Positions 1 through 9,869 of a stretch of DNA of 64,000 nt are shown here, piece after piece. The stretch's first letter is position 1. Each line of letters starts with the position of its first letter. Below the pieces are notes generated by a model, which did not search any database, was not told where the DNA came from, and worked only from the letters and a program-made list of their open reading frames with translations. Made by a program: the position numbers and the translations under genes. The DNA is taken from contig JAGTQC010000001.1 of the NCBI GenBank assembly GCA_018396535.1, forward strand, positions 160,001 to 224,000. Reading direction: 5' to 3'. The stretch comes from Candidatus Bathyarchaeota archaeon (GTDB taxonomy: Archaea > Thermoproteota > CALKCG01 > B24 > DRYS01).

Positions 1-1
1 C

Positions 2-274
2 ATAGTGAGGAAGGAGACCTATGATGCATACTATGGCACAGGCTTAGATACCCTACTAAAACTACTAGGGGTTAAACATCTCGTTATAACGGGTGTAGTA
101 TCAAATATATGCGTACTCCATACGATCGGTAGCTCAGCTTTAAGGGGGTATAAACCATATGTACCGATAGATTGTATAGCTGCCCTCAACGATTTCGATC
201 AGATACTAACCCTAAGACAAGTATCATTCCTATATAAAGGTGTATTAACCAGGTCTGATCTTATAGACTTCTAA
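2..274 (+). CDS. Isochorismatase/nicotinamidase-family cysteine hydrolase, C-terminal part (5'-truncated by window edge)
   Basis: K-x-x-YDAY-x-GT-x-L and LVITGVVSNICVLHT motifs with catalytic Cys; frame is open to the window start. Confidence 0.85.
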   Translation: MVRKETYDAYYGTGLDTLLKLLGVKHLVITGVVSNICVLHTIGSSALRGYKPYVPIDCIAALNDFDQILTLRQVSFLYKGVLTRSDLIDF

Positions 275-392
275 TGATCAAATCAGAACCAGGATCTAGA
301 CGACATACAGACAACTCTAATCTTAATTAATTATTAACATAGCTTAAGGTTTATCTATAGATAGAGGATACGGTAAGCTGGGAGGCTTCGAA

Positions 393-1163
393 TTGGGTAA
401 AGTCGAGGAATATCTGAGGGAGAGGATAGAGTCTAAGGGAGCTATTCACATAACCTTAATCGATCCTGAACGTGGATCCGTAGAGAAGCTTACAGATATA
501 GCTTGTAGAGCTGAGAAAGCCGGTACTTCAGCTATAATGATAGGGAGCTCTACACTCGTATCACAATACATGCTCGATGAATTACTGAAGGAGATGAAGC
601 CTCGTCTATCGATACCTACTATAATATTCCCTAATAACATCGCAGCTCTTACTAGGCTAGCAGATGCTATATGGTTTATGTCACTACTCAACTCAGATAA
701 CCCATACTTTATAACTGGAGCTCAAGCTTTAGCAGCACCTATCGTTAAGATGTACGGTTTAGAAGCTATACCTATGGGGTACATAATAATGGGTGAGGGG
801 GGAGCAGCTGGGTTTATAGGCTGCGCTAGACCGATACCATACGAGAAGCCTGAGATAGCTGCTGCATACGCGTTAGCAGCACAACTCCTAGGAATGAGGT
901 TTATCTATCTAGAAGCTGGTTCAGGTGTTAGAAGACCTATACCACCAGAAGCTGTGAGGATTGTACGTAGCATGATAGATATACCATTAATAGTAGGCGG
1001 CGGACTTAGAACTTCTGAACAGATAGAAGCTACAGCCGCAGCTGGAGCTAATATAGTAGTCACGGGTACAGCTGTGGAACAAGTTGAAGATATTGAGAAG
1101 CTGATATACAGCTTCACTGAAGCAGCTGCTAGGGGGGCTGAGAGATATCGTAGAATACAGTGA
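393..1163 (+). CDS. Geranylgeranylglyceryl phosphate synthase (GGGPS)
   Basis: HITLIDPE, FMSLLNS-NPYFI-GAQ, YLEAGSG and VGGGLR motifs of the PcrB/GGGPS TIM barrel. Confidence 0.93.
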   Translation: MGKVEEYLRERIESKGAIHITLIDPERGSVEKLTDIACRAEKAGTSAIMIGSSTLVSQYMLDELLKEMKPRLSIPTIIFPNNIAALTRLADAIWFMSLLNSDNPYFITGAQALAAPIVKMYGLEAIPMGYIIMGEGGAAGFIGCARPIPYEKPEIAAAYALAAQLLGMRFIYLEAGSGVRRPIPPEAVRIVRSMIDIPLIVGGGLRTSEQIEATAAAGANIVVTGTAVEQVEDIEKLIYSFTEAAARGAERYRRIQ

Positions 1164-4100
1164 GCTATACTCAGAGTACTTCTCTAAGCTTGAGGGGGAG
1201 CTTAGAAAGGCTTTCTCGATAGCTAGTATCGCTAGGAGTAGAGGGATGGATCCATCCCTAGAGGTTGAGGTTAAACTAGCTGAGGATATGGCGGAGAGGG
1301 TTGAACTACTCGTAGGCCCCCCGGGTATAGCTAGCTATATACGTAGATTGAAGAATACGATGAGTAGGGAAGCTCTAGCTTTCAAAGCTGCTGAGGATAT
1401 AGTATCCGGTATTCTAGGATCATTCAAACCTGAGGAGGCTGCTGAAAAAGCATTAAGAACAGCGTTAGCTATACTTACAGAAGCTGTAACGGTAGCACCT
1501 GTACAAGGTATAACGAAGGTATCTATAAAACGTAACTTCGATGGGACAAGCTATCTATCAGTATACTTCGCTGGACCTATACGTCCAGCCGGTGGTACTG
1601 AGCAAGGGCTGATAGTAGTCGTAGCGGATCATATACGTAGGAAGCTTGGTTTAGAAGCATATAAACCGACAGAGGAGGAGGTTAATAGATTCATAGAGGA
1701 GGTACGCCTCTACGAGAGGGAGGTACGTCCATTCCAGTATAGAGTACCAGATGAGGTTCTTAGAAGAGCTATAGAGAATCTGCCCGTAGAAGTTACAGGT
1801 GTAGAAACGGATCCAGTCGAGGTATCATACTATAGGGATCTACCTAGGATAGAGACGAATAGGGTTAGAGGTGGAGCATTGATAGTGGTTAACGATGGAT
1901 TGATAGGTAGACATAGGAAGATAGCTAGAGTCGTTAAGGAGCTTGGTATCGATGGATGGGATTGGCTTGAAAACCTCTGGGAGGCTGAGGGAGGGGATAA
2001 ATCACTCATATTCCTAGATGAGGTTATAGCTGGACGGCCGGTATTCTCCAGCCCATCAGCCTACGGTGGGTTTAGAGTTAGGTATGGGAGGAGCCGTAAT
2101 ACTGGGCTAGCTGCTGTAGGACTACACCCATCCACCCTATACATACTCGACGAGTTTCTAGCCGTAGGTACACAGATAAAGCTTGAGAGACCTGGTAAGG
2201 GTGGTATAGTAGCAGTCGTAGATTCGATAGAACCACCTATAGTTAAGCTTAAGAACGGCGATGTAGTTAGACTAGATAAGCCGCCTAGCGAAGATATACT
2301 TAGAAATGTAGATAGGATACTATTCCTCGGCGATATACTCCTAAGCTTCTATGAATTCCTAGAGAATAAGCATACACTACTCCCAGCTAACTTTACGGAG
2401 GAGGAGTGGGCTGAAGATCTTAGAGCTAGGATAGCGGAGCTAGGCTTCCTAGATATAGGTATACCAGCTGAGAGGATTAATAGAATACTAGCGAATCCAC
2501 TAAGCGAGTACCCTACTGTTCAAGAGGCTTTGAAGATATCTAAAGTATACGGTATACCACTGCATCCACGCTACGTCTACAGCTGGGATAGAATATCATC
2601 TTCCGAGCTATATGCTCTAAGATTATGGCTGCAGAGTGGTTATATCAGATCGGATAGGATAGAGGCTCCATATAATTCTCAATTCAAAGCTATCCTAGAA
2701 AGGGTTTGGATACCACACAAGATTAGAGAAGGGAGGATAATAATAGAGGGGGGTGATGCAGAAGCTCTCGTAACTACACTACAACTAGGATCAGATGTAG
2801 AGGTGGATCTAGAGATGAGGGATGGTTTATCAGTATTATCGAAGATTCTAGGTATACCTATGAGGAGTAAAGCTGTATCATTCATAGGAGCTCGTATGGG
2901 TAGACCTGAGAAAGCGAAGCCTAGAGAAATGAAGCCGCCCGTACATGTATTATTCCCCGTAGGCTTATACGGTGGATCAAAGAGGGATATCATAGAAGCC
3001 TCTACTAAGAAGAGTATATCTGTAGAGGTTGTAGATAGAAGGTGTACCGTATGTGGTAGACTATCCTTCACGACGGTTTGCACAAGGTGTAAGGCACCGA
3101 CTAGGATAACATATAGATGCCCTAAGTGTAGACGTGAGTATACTGAGAAGCGTATATGCGATGTATGCGGTAGCCAGACTATGGGATGGAGCCTACAGAT
3201 AGTACCCCTAAGAGAGATTCTAGATGAAGCTAAGACCAGGATAGGATATACATCGTTGAAGATATTGAAGGGTGTTAGAAGTCTCTTAAGCGAAGATAGA
3301 ATACCTGAAATCCTAGAGAAGGGTATAATCAGAGCTAGGTATAACGTAACGATATTTAAGGATGGGACTATAAGATTCGACTCGACTAACGCCCCTCTAA
3401 CGCATTTCAAACCAGTCGAGATAAACGTATCTGTAGAAGATCTCAGAAGACTTGGATATACCGTCGATATATATGGAAAGCCTCTTATAAACGAGGATCA
3501 GTTATGCGAATTGAAGATACACGATATAATAATAGGATTCGATGGAGCCTACTACCTCGAGAAGGTTGCGAAGTTTGTAGATGAGGAATTAGAGAAGATA
3601 TACGGTTTAGAACCATATTATAGACTAAGAAGCTATAGAGATCTTGTAGGCCATCTAGTAGTAGGTCTAGCACCCCATACATCTGTAGGTGTTCTAGGTA
3701 GGATTATAGGGTTTACAGAAGCTAGCGTATGCTTCGCTCACCCATACTGGCATGCAGCTAAGAGGAGAGATTGCGATGGGGATGAAGATTCCATCATGCT
3801 ACTACTAGATTGTCTACTAAACTTTTCTAGACATTACTTGCCATCAAAGATGGGGGGGCTTATGGATGCTCCACTATTCCTAACATATAGGATAGATCCT
3901 ACCGAAGTCGATTCAGCAGTCCATAACCTAGATATAGCTGAGAAGTATCCACTCGAATTCTATGATCTAGCATCGAAGATGGCTGATCCTAAGGAGGCGT
4001 TAAAGTATGTAGAAGTAGTATCTCATAGATTGAATTCTAAGATGCAATTCGAAGGCTTCAGGTATACGCATGAAACCTCCCATATAACCTGTGGACCTAA

Positions 4101-4536
4101 ATCATCTAGATATAAGCGTCTCAGAACAATGTATGATAAGGTTAAAGCACAGATAGATATGGTTGAGAGGATAGAAGCTGTAGAAGCTAGAATAGTAGTA
4201 GAGAAGGTATTGGAGACACATCTAGTTAAGGATCTGGCTGGTAACATAAAAGCTTTCGTATCTCAACAATTTAGGTGTAAGAGATGTAACTCTAAGTATA
4301 GACGTATACCGTTAAAAGGAGTCTGTATTAGATGTGGAGGGGAGCTTACACTAACTGTACACCCGAGCTCTGTAGAGAAGTATCTTAGACTTGCAGAAGA
4401 TATATCGAAGAGGTATCCAGTGGATCCGTATATAAAGGAGAGAGTTAAGCTTCTAAGCGAGGAGATATCCTCCCTACTCCATGAAGCTAGATCTGATAAC
4501 GGTAAAGGCAGAATGAGACTTTCTGATTTCATGTAA
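1138..4536 (+). CDS. polC: DNA polymerase D large subunit DP2 (start uncertain; first ATG at 1246, conserved N-terminus extends upstream)
   Basis: YFAGPIR-AGGT, FKDGTIRFD, HAAKRRDCDGDED catalytic motif and C-terminal CxxC zinc fingers; no intein seen. Confidence 0.96.
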   Translation: MRDIVEYSELYSEYFSKLEGELRKAFSIASIARSRGMDPSLEVEVKLAEDMAERVELLVGPPGIASYIRRLKNTMSREALAFKAAEDIVSGILGSFKPEEAAEKALRTALAILTEAVTVAPVQGITKVSIKRNFDGTSYLSVYFAGPIRPAGGTEQGLIVVVADHIRRKLGLEAYKPTEEEVNRFIEEVRLYEREVRPFQYRVPDEVLRRAIENLPVEVTGVETDPVEVSYYRDLPRIETNRVRGGALIVVNDGLIGRHRKIARVVKELGIDGWDWLENLWEAEGGDKSLIFLDEVIAGRPVFSSPSAYGGFRVRYGRSRNTGLAAVGLHPSTLYILDEFLAVGTQIKLERPGKGGIVAVVDSIEPPIVKLKNGDVVRLDKPPSEDILRNVDRILFLGDILLSFYEFLENKHTLLPANFTEEEWAEDLRARIAELGFLDIGIPAERINRILANPLSEYPTVQEALKISKVYGIPLHPRYVYSWDRISSSELYALRLWLQSGYIRSDRIEAPYNSQFKAILERVWIPHKIREGRIIIEGGDAEALVTTLQLGSDVEVDLEMRDGLSVLSKILGIPMRSKAVSFIGARMGRPEKAKPREMKPPVHVLFPVGLYGGSKRDIIEASTKKSISVEVVDRRCTVCGRLSFTTVCTRCKAPTRITYRCPKCRREYTEKRICDVCGSQTMGWSLQIVPLREILDEAKTRIGYTSLKILKGVRSLLSEDRIPEILEKGIIRARYNVTIFKDGTIRFDSTNAPLTHFKPVEINVSVEDLRRLGYTVDIYGKPLINEDQLCELKIHDIIIGFDGAYYLEKVAKFVDEELEKIYGLEPYYRLRSYRDLVGHLVVGLAPHTSVGVLGRIIGFTEASVCFAHPYWHAAKRRDCDGDEDSIMLLLDCLLNFSRHYLPSKMGGLMDAPLFLTYRIDPTEVDSAVHNLDIAEKYPLEFYDLASKMADPKEALKYVEVVSHRLNSKMQFEGFRYTHETSHITCGPKSSRYKRLRTMYDKVKAQIDMVERIEAVEARIVVEKVLETHLVKDLAGNIKAFVSQQFRCKRCNSKYRRIPLKGVCIRCGGELTLTVHPSSVEKYLRLAEDISKRYPVDPYIKERVKLLSEEISSLLHEARSDNGKGRMRLSDFM

Positions 4537-4593
4537 ATCTACATATAACGTTTATTTCACCGTCCACAGAATTCTACGATTCTTAGAAAGGGT

Positions 4594-5532
4594 TTGAGTA
4601 TCCCTCAGAAAGTGTTTAAATACTATGAGCGATATAGGAGTATAATACCGGATTACGACGAGTTTATATCATACATCCTTAAGCCGCTACCATACTCTAT
4701 AAGAGTTAATACACTTAAGATAACACCTGAAAAGCTAGCTCAGAGGATGGAGAGTAAGGGCTTCATACTAAGGAAGTCTAAGCTTCACCCATGGTTTTTC
4801 GAAGTGGATTGTATAGATGAGGAGAGGGGGATAGGGGCGACGTTAGAGCATGCCCTAGGCTACTATTATGCACAAGAGATAGTATCTGGCATACCACCTA
4901 TAGTATTGGATCCTAAGCCGTGGGAGCTTATACTCGATATGGCTGCAGCACCTGGAAGCAAGACGACTCAAATAGCTCAGATGATGAAGTGTAAAGGTAC
5001 GATCGTAGCTAACGATGTAAGTCGTGAAAGAGTTAAAGCGTTAAAGTCTAACCTAGATAGGCTCGGTGTAACTAATACCATAGTGACTATATGCGATGCT
5101 AGACGCTTCTACTCAGATATAATGTTTGATAGGATACTACTAGATGCTCCATGCAGTTCTGAAGCTACCATAAGGAAGGATCCATCCCTACCCCTAGATC
5201 TATCCTATAGGTTACCGAGAAGTTTCTCTAGATTACAGAAAAGTATGATCGAGAGAGCATACCATCTACTCAAGCATGATGGTATACTAGTCTATTCGGT
5301 ATGTACATTCGCACCAGAGGAATGCGAGGAAGTCGTAGAGTATGCTCTGAAGATAGGGTTTGAGATAGAGGAGGTAGATATACCTTTGAAATATGTAGAA
5401 GGCGTTACTGAATGGGTGGATGAAAGAGGGAGAAGGAGATCATACGATCCAGATGTTAGTAAAGCTATACGTATATACCCACACTTCGAGAATTCTGGAG
5501 GTATGTTTGTTGCCAAACTTAGAAAGGTATAG
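4594..5532 (+). CDS. RsmB/NOP2/NSUN-family RNA cytosine-C5 methyltransferase
   Basis: DMAAAPGSKT, ILLDAPCS and LVYSVCT motifs with both catalytic Cys. Confidence 0.93.
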   Translation: MSIPQKVFKYYERYRSIIPDYDEFISYILKPLPYSIRVNTLKITPEKLAQRMESKGFILRKSKLHPWFFEVDCIDEERGIGATLEHALGYYYAQEIVSGIPPIVLDPKPWELILDMAAAPGSKTTQIAQMMKCKGTIVANDVSRERVKALKSNLDRLGVTNTIVTICDARRFYSDIMFDRILLDAPCSSEATIRKDPSLPLDLSYRLPRSFSRLQKSMIERAYHLLKHDGILVYSVCTFAPEECEEVVEYALKIGFEIEEVDIPLKYVEGVTEWVDERGRRRSYDPDVSKAIRIYPHFENSGGMFVAKLRKV

Positions 5533-5992
5533 GATATGTAGTAGCGAGGAGGTTAGACGAATACTAGATTATCTAGAGGAGAGGTATGGTATACCTAGAA
5601 GCGTCTTCGAAAATTACACATTCCTTGTGAGAGGGAAGAATAGTATATGGATATATAGCGGGCATCCATCGATACTAGAGTTGATACCGAACGTTAGCAT
5701 AGCCGGTATTAGAGCACTACATCTATCCATAAAGAAGACTTTGAAACCTACCACCATATTCCTACAAGTATTCGGAAAATACGCTACCAAGAATGTAGTA
5801 GAATTGGAGAGTGAAGAGGAGGCGGTGACATTCATGAGCGGGGGGAGTATCGCTAGATACTACGATGTAGAGGAGGGGTTCGTAGTAGTGAAATTCGGTA
5901 GCGATGTACTAGGTTGCGGATTATATTCTAATGGCGTATTAAGATCTAAGATACCTAAAACTCTGAGAGTTAGGTTTGAATGGTTTAAGTAA
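5510..5992 (+). CDS. Stand-alone RsmF C-terminal / PUA-like RNA-binding protein
   Basis: YLEERYGI...KPTT-FLQ-FG--ATKNVVEL...LGCG pattern; overlaps the methyltransferase 3' end; GGAGGT SD before TTG 5510 (ORF-track start 5420 probably too long). Confidence 0.7.
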   Translation: MPNLERYRICSSEEVRRILDYLEERYGIPRSVFENYTFLVRGKNSIWIYSGHPSILELIPNVSIAGIRALHLSIKKTLKPTTIFLQVFGKYATKNVVELESEEEAVTFMSGGSIARYYDVEEGFVVVKFGSDVLGCGLYSNGVLRSKIPKTLRVRFEWFK

Positions 5993-6043
5993 TGTTAAAG
6001 TATATATGGCGTTACGGTAGATAACTAGAATCTTAGATGGGTT

Positions 6044-6655
6044 ATGCCTACCTATGTTAAACGTGTAGGTCCAGGTTCAAGACTTATGGATCGTAAAATC
6101 GCTATAATCGTAGCTAACGAATTCGAGGATGTGGAGCTGCTATACCCGTTCCTAAGACTCAGTGAGGAGGGTGCTGAAATAGTTATAGTACCGGTGAAAA
6201 GAGGGTTGCATCCTAGGCCTTCGGTTAGAGATAAGCCTGTAACCGGGAGGTATGGTACCCCCATACCTCTAGAAGTCTTTGGAGAAGGTGTTAGATATGC
6301 TATACGAGAATTAGATTCTATCAAACCTGAAGATTTTGATGCATACGTAATACCAGGAGGATTCTCACCAGATAGCTTAAGGATAATGCCTACAGTCCTA
6401 AACCTCATTAGACGAGCATACGAATCGGGTAAGATTATAGCAGCTATATGCCATGGACCTCAAGTTCTAATATCAGCTGGATTAGTTAAGGGTAGAAGAG
6501 TGACATCCTATGCAGCTGTTAGAGATGATCTTATAAACGCTGGAGCTATATTCGTAGATGAGCCGGCTGTTAGGGATGGGAATATAATAACTGCTAGAGT
6601 CCCGGATGATCTACCTGAATTCTGTAGACTTATCATAGAGGCCTTATCTAGCTAG
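6044..6655 (+). CDS. pfpI: PfpI/DJ-1 family protease/deglycase (alternative start 6086)
   Basis: FEDVEL, IPGG-SPD-LR, AAICHGPQVL nucleophile elbow, R-PDDLP-F. Confidence 0.92.
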   Translation: MPTYVKRVGPGSRLMDRKIAIIVANEFEDVELLYPFLRLSEEGAEIVIVPVKRGLHPRPSVRDKPVTGRYGTPIPLEVFGEGVRYAIRELDSIKPEDFDAYVIPGGFSPDSLRIMPTVLNLIRRAYESGKIIAAICHGPQVLISAGLVKGRRVTSYAAVRDDLINAGAIFVDEPAVRDGNIITARVPDDLPEFCRLIIEALSS

Positions 6656-6704
6656 AACTGGCTTAGTCTAACTTAGATTCAAGAGTATCTCTAGGTGTCC
6701 TGTA

Positions 6705-7688
6705 TTGCTAGGGATGGGTATGGATGTTGTATGCGTAGGAGAATGTATAGTCGATCTAATACCGCTAGGTGAAAGCGTATATAAAGCATGCTTCGGAGGA
6801 GCACCGATGAATACAGCTATAGCATGTAGTAGGCTTGGACTTAAAGTAGGTGTGATAACTTGTATCGGTAACGATCAACTAGGCGACTTCCTATTAGAGA
6901 CTCTGAAAACTAATATGATCGATGTAAGCCGTATCCGTAGACTTAATCTACGAACGACTATCTCCATAGTATCGAAGCAGCGTAGGGGTGAGGTAGACTA
7001 TATATTCTATAGGAAGCCGTGGAGCCTGAGCTCAGATACAGAGTATTATCTAAGTAGTGAGGATATAGATTATCTAAGAGGAGCACGCCTACTCCATATA
7101 TCCGGCTTCGCATTCTCTCAGAAACCTGCTAGAGATGAGTATCAGAAGCTTGTAAGGGAGGCTAAGAATATCGGGTTAGCTATATCTCTAGATCCAACAT
7201 TCAGGATCGATGTATGGCCTAATATAACTGAAGCCTACGAAGTCTATAGCGAGTTATTTCGTATAGCAGATATAGTCTTATCTACGTACAGGGAGCTTAG
7301 AATCCTACTAGGTATCGATAGTATACGTGGAATTCTAGATCTATGCAGTAAGTATGGATGGAGGATTCTAGGTATTAAGATGGGGGCTAAAGGATCCATA
7401 CTCTATATGGATGGCGCTATTTCTAGTCTAGAATCCTTCAAAATAGAAGCTGTGGATACGGTCGGCGCTGGTGATGCATGGAATGCCGCTATCATATACG
7501 GGATCATTAAGGGTTTAGCTATAGATGAAGTAGTACTGCTAGCTAACGCTGTAGCCGCTATGAAGTGTATGAGAGTAGGTGCGGTTGAGGGTTTACCTAA
7601 ACTAGAAGATGTTAGACGTTTCATAGAATCTAGTAGTAGACCTAAACCTCTAAGATTAGAGGAATTCGATTTAGATCTGGAGGATTAA
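6705..7688 (+). CDS. PfkB-family carbohydrate kinase
   Basis: GGAPMNTA and DTVGAGDAW PfkB signatures. Confidence 0.92.
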   Translation: MLGMGMDVVCVGECIVDLIPLGESVYKACFGGAPMNTAIACSRLGLKVGVITCIGNDQLGDFLLETLKTNMIDVSRIRRLNLRTTISIVSKQRRGEVDYIFYRKPWSLSSDTEYYLSSEDIDYLRGARLLHISGFAFSQKPARDEYQKLVREAKNIGLAISLDPTFRIDVWPNITEAYEVYSELFRIADIVLSTYRELRILLGIDSIRGILDLCSKYGWRILGIKMGAKGSILYMDGAISSLESFKIEAVDTVGAGDAWNAAIIYGIIKGLAIDEVVLLANAVAAMKCMRVGAVEGLPKLEDVRRFIESSSRPKPLRLEEFDLDLED

Positions 7689-7690
7689 CA

Positions 7691-8317
7691 ATGAATATAC
7701 TTAGAGGTGCATGGAGGGTTAAAGCTAGGATTAAGAAACTCTACGATTCCTCTAGGTACTGCTATCTAGAACTTTATCGAGGAAAACAGATCGCTAAATA
7801 TGATAGGATAATCGATAGTATAAGGAATCTAAGGTTTAAAGTAATACTAGATGCTGGATGCGGCCCAGGATTCTACGTAGAAAAATTATCGAAGATAGCA
7901 GATCTCTATATAGGTTTAGATATTTGTAGAGGTATGCTCGATATAGCGAAGGATATGCATAAGCATATAAGTAACGTAGAGTTTATAGTAGGTGATGCAG
8001 ATTATCCGCCTTTCAAAGATGGATCATTCGATATAGTACTAGCAGTTACACTCCTCCAGAATCAACCGGATCCGAGACTAACCATATCTAAGCTGGCAAG
8101 GTTAGTTAAGGATGATGGAATACTCGCTACTACATTCCTTAAGAAGATGTTTAACTTAAAGGATGTATTGAGGATTATGGAGTCTTCTACAAATCTAACA
8201 CCAATCTACATAGATGATAGTACAGAAGACTATATAGTCGTGTGTAAGGTTGGAGATATGGAATCTAAGCAGGGAGATAGGAAGGTCGATGTTCCAAGTA
8301 TATCGTGGATGCGATAG
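7691..8317 (+). CDS. Class I SAM-dependent methyltransferase
   Basis: ILDAGCGPG motif I; GDA--PPF-DGSFD. Confidence 0.88.
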   Translation: MNILRGAWRVKARIKKLYDSSRYCYLELYRGKQIAKYDRIIDSIRNLRFKVILDAGCGPGFYVEKLSKIADLYIGLDICRGMLDIAKDMHKHISNVEFIVGDADYPPFKDGSFDIVLAVTLLQNQPDPRLTISKLARLVKDDGILATTFLKKMFNLKDVLRIMESSTNLTPIYIDDSTEDYIVVCKVGDMESKQGDRKVDVPSISWMR

Positions 8318-8361
8318 GTATATTTTAACTAGTTGATTCCTAGTAAAATATAGGGGAGAGC

Positions 8362-8595
8362 ATGCCCCTAGATCTAATGGTTGAGAAGGCGTTTAGACTC
8401 GTGAAGGATGGGAAAATTGAGGAGCTAGACGGTGGACGATTCAACGTTATAGGCGATCATGGGACATATATCGTACAGATAGATCCAAATGGTAGGCTTA
8501 CCTGTAGCTGCCCAGGGTTTGGTAGGAGAAGGATGTGTAGTCATATAGCTGCGGTTATAATATATAGGAATTTTAGATCGTATAAATCCAGCTAA
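8362..8595 (+). CDS. Small SWIM zinc-finger protein
   Basis: CSCPGF----MCSH (CxCxnCxH); GGGGAG SD upstream. Confidence 0.8.
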   Translation: MPLDLMVEKAFRLVKDGKIEELDGGRFNVIGDHGTYIVQIDPNGRLTCSCPGFGRRRMCSHIAAVIIYRNFRSYKSS

Positions 8596-8602
8596 AACAG
8601 AC

Positions 8603-9835
8603 TTAGACCATAGTTATCTTGGATAGCTGTTTAAGAACATAGCTTCTTATATCAGATGGGGGTGGTAGATCGGCTACTATCCTACCATCTATCAGTAGAG
8701 GTTCTAGTATATTCTCCATCTCCATACCGCATGATAGGCATATAGGTCTACTAGAGCCTATAGGTTCGACATCGATTTTCAAGCATTCTGGACACCGCCA
8801 TACATCCTTTCTACCAGAGAATTTCCCCCTCTTAGCGATAGGCTTACCTTCAACCTCCACTATATCCATAGCGAAATCCACTGTAGGAGCATTACTTATG
8901 GATGTTCCTACACCAAACCCATCAGCTCCAGCTTCGATGAGTTCATCTATATTCTCATCATCTATACCTCCAGATACTACTATCTTCACATTCCTATACC
9001 CTCTAATGTTAAGCTCCCATCTAACTTCTCTCACTATCTCTGCGAAACTACCTTTACGCGAACTCGGGGTATCCAATCTAACACCTGTTAACCTACTACC
9101 TAGAGCTTCAGCTGCCATAATAGCTTCCACCTTCTCATCATAGAATGTATCTACGAGAGCTATCCTAGGAATATCCTGTGGTAGGACTTCATCGAACGCC
9201 TTCCACGCTTTAACCTGATCCTCAAAGATTATTATCAATGCATGAGGCATAGTACCCATAGGCTTAATACCAGCAGCTTCAGCTCCTATTATACTAGATA
9301 CACCATCCACACCACCGATATAGCTAGCTCTATCTATCATAGGAGCTAGAGCTGGATGCATCCTCCTTATACCGAAGCCTATAACTAGACGATCCCCAGC
9401 CTTCTTCCTAATCCTCGCAGCCATAGTAGCTACACCTGTAGCCTGGCATAGTAATCCGAGTAGAGGCGTCTCTAGGAAGCAGAATCTTCCGTAAGGTCCT
9501 TCAACCCTCATGACCGGAACTCTTATACCTTTAATATCGTTTGATGTGAATAGCGTCCCCTCTCTCAAACCGTAAACATCTACCGGGTAACCTTCTAGAA
9601 GCTTTAATACCTCTTCTACACCGCAAAGAATAGCCCAAGGCCACCCCCTAGGTAGTTTACCGCATGTTACCTCCATAGAGACTATCCTATCGGTTAAACC
9701 ATACTTATCAAGTATAATCCTGGTTCTCTCGAAATATATGTCGGTTGTTAAACCGTGTTTAATCTCATCATCGGTAGCTATATAGAAACGCCTAGACCAC
9801 GGCAACTCGATGTAGATATATCTCAGATGATACAC
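8603..9835 (-). CDS. pncB: Nicotinate phosphoribosyltransferase (start may be slightly downstream)
   Basis: TDIYF, FG-RR-HP, GTMPH, LVDTF, GVRLDTP and AKRGK motifs. Confidence 0.93.
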   Translation of the reverse strand: MYHLRYIYIELPWSRRFYIATDDEIKHGLTTDIYFERTRIILDKYGLTDRIVSMEVTCGKLPRGWPWAILCGVEEVLKLLEGYPVDVYGLREGTLFTSNDIKGIRVPVMRVEGPYGRFCFLETPLLGLLCQATGVATMAARIRKKAGDRLVIGFGIRRMHPALAPMIDRASYIGGVDGVSSIIGAEAAGIKPMGTMPHALIIIFEDQVKAWKAFDEVLPQDIPRIALVDTFYDEKVEAIMAAEALGSRLTGVRLDTPSSRKGSFAEIVREVRWELNIRGYRNVKIVVSGGIDDENIDELIEAGADGFGVGTSISNAPTVDFAMDIVEVEGKPIAKRGKFSGRKDVWRCPECLKIDVEPIGSSRPICLSCGMEMENILEPLLIDGRIVADLPPPSDIRSYVLKQLSKITMV

Positions 9836-9869
9836 TTAAGGTTTTACGTAAATCCGTATCCCAGTCATC

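Noticed and set aside
1246-4536. Possible intein in DP2
   Set aside because: Length is normal, the catalytic region is contiguous and no intein termini are visible
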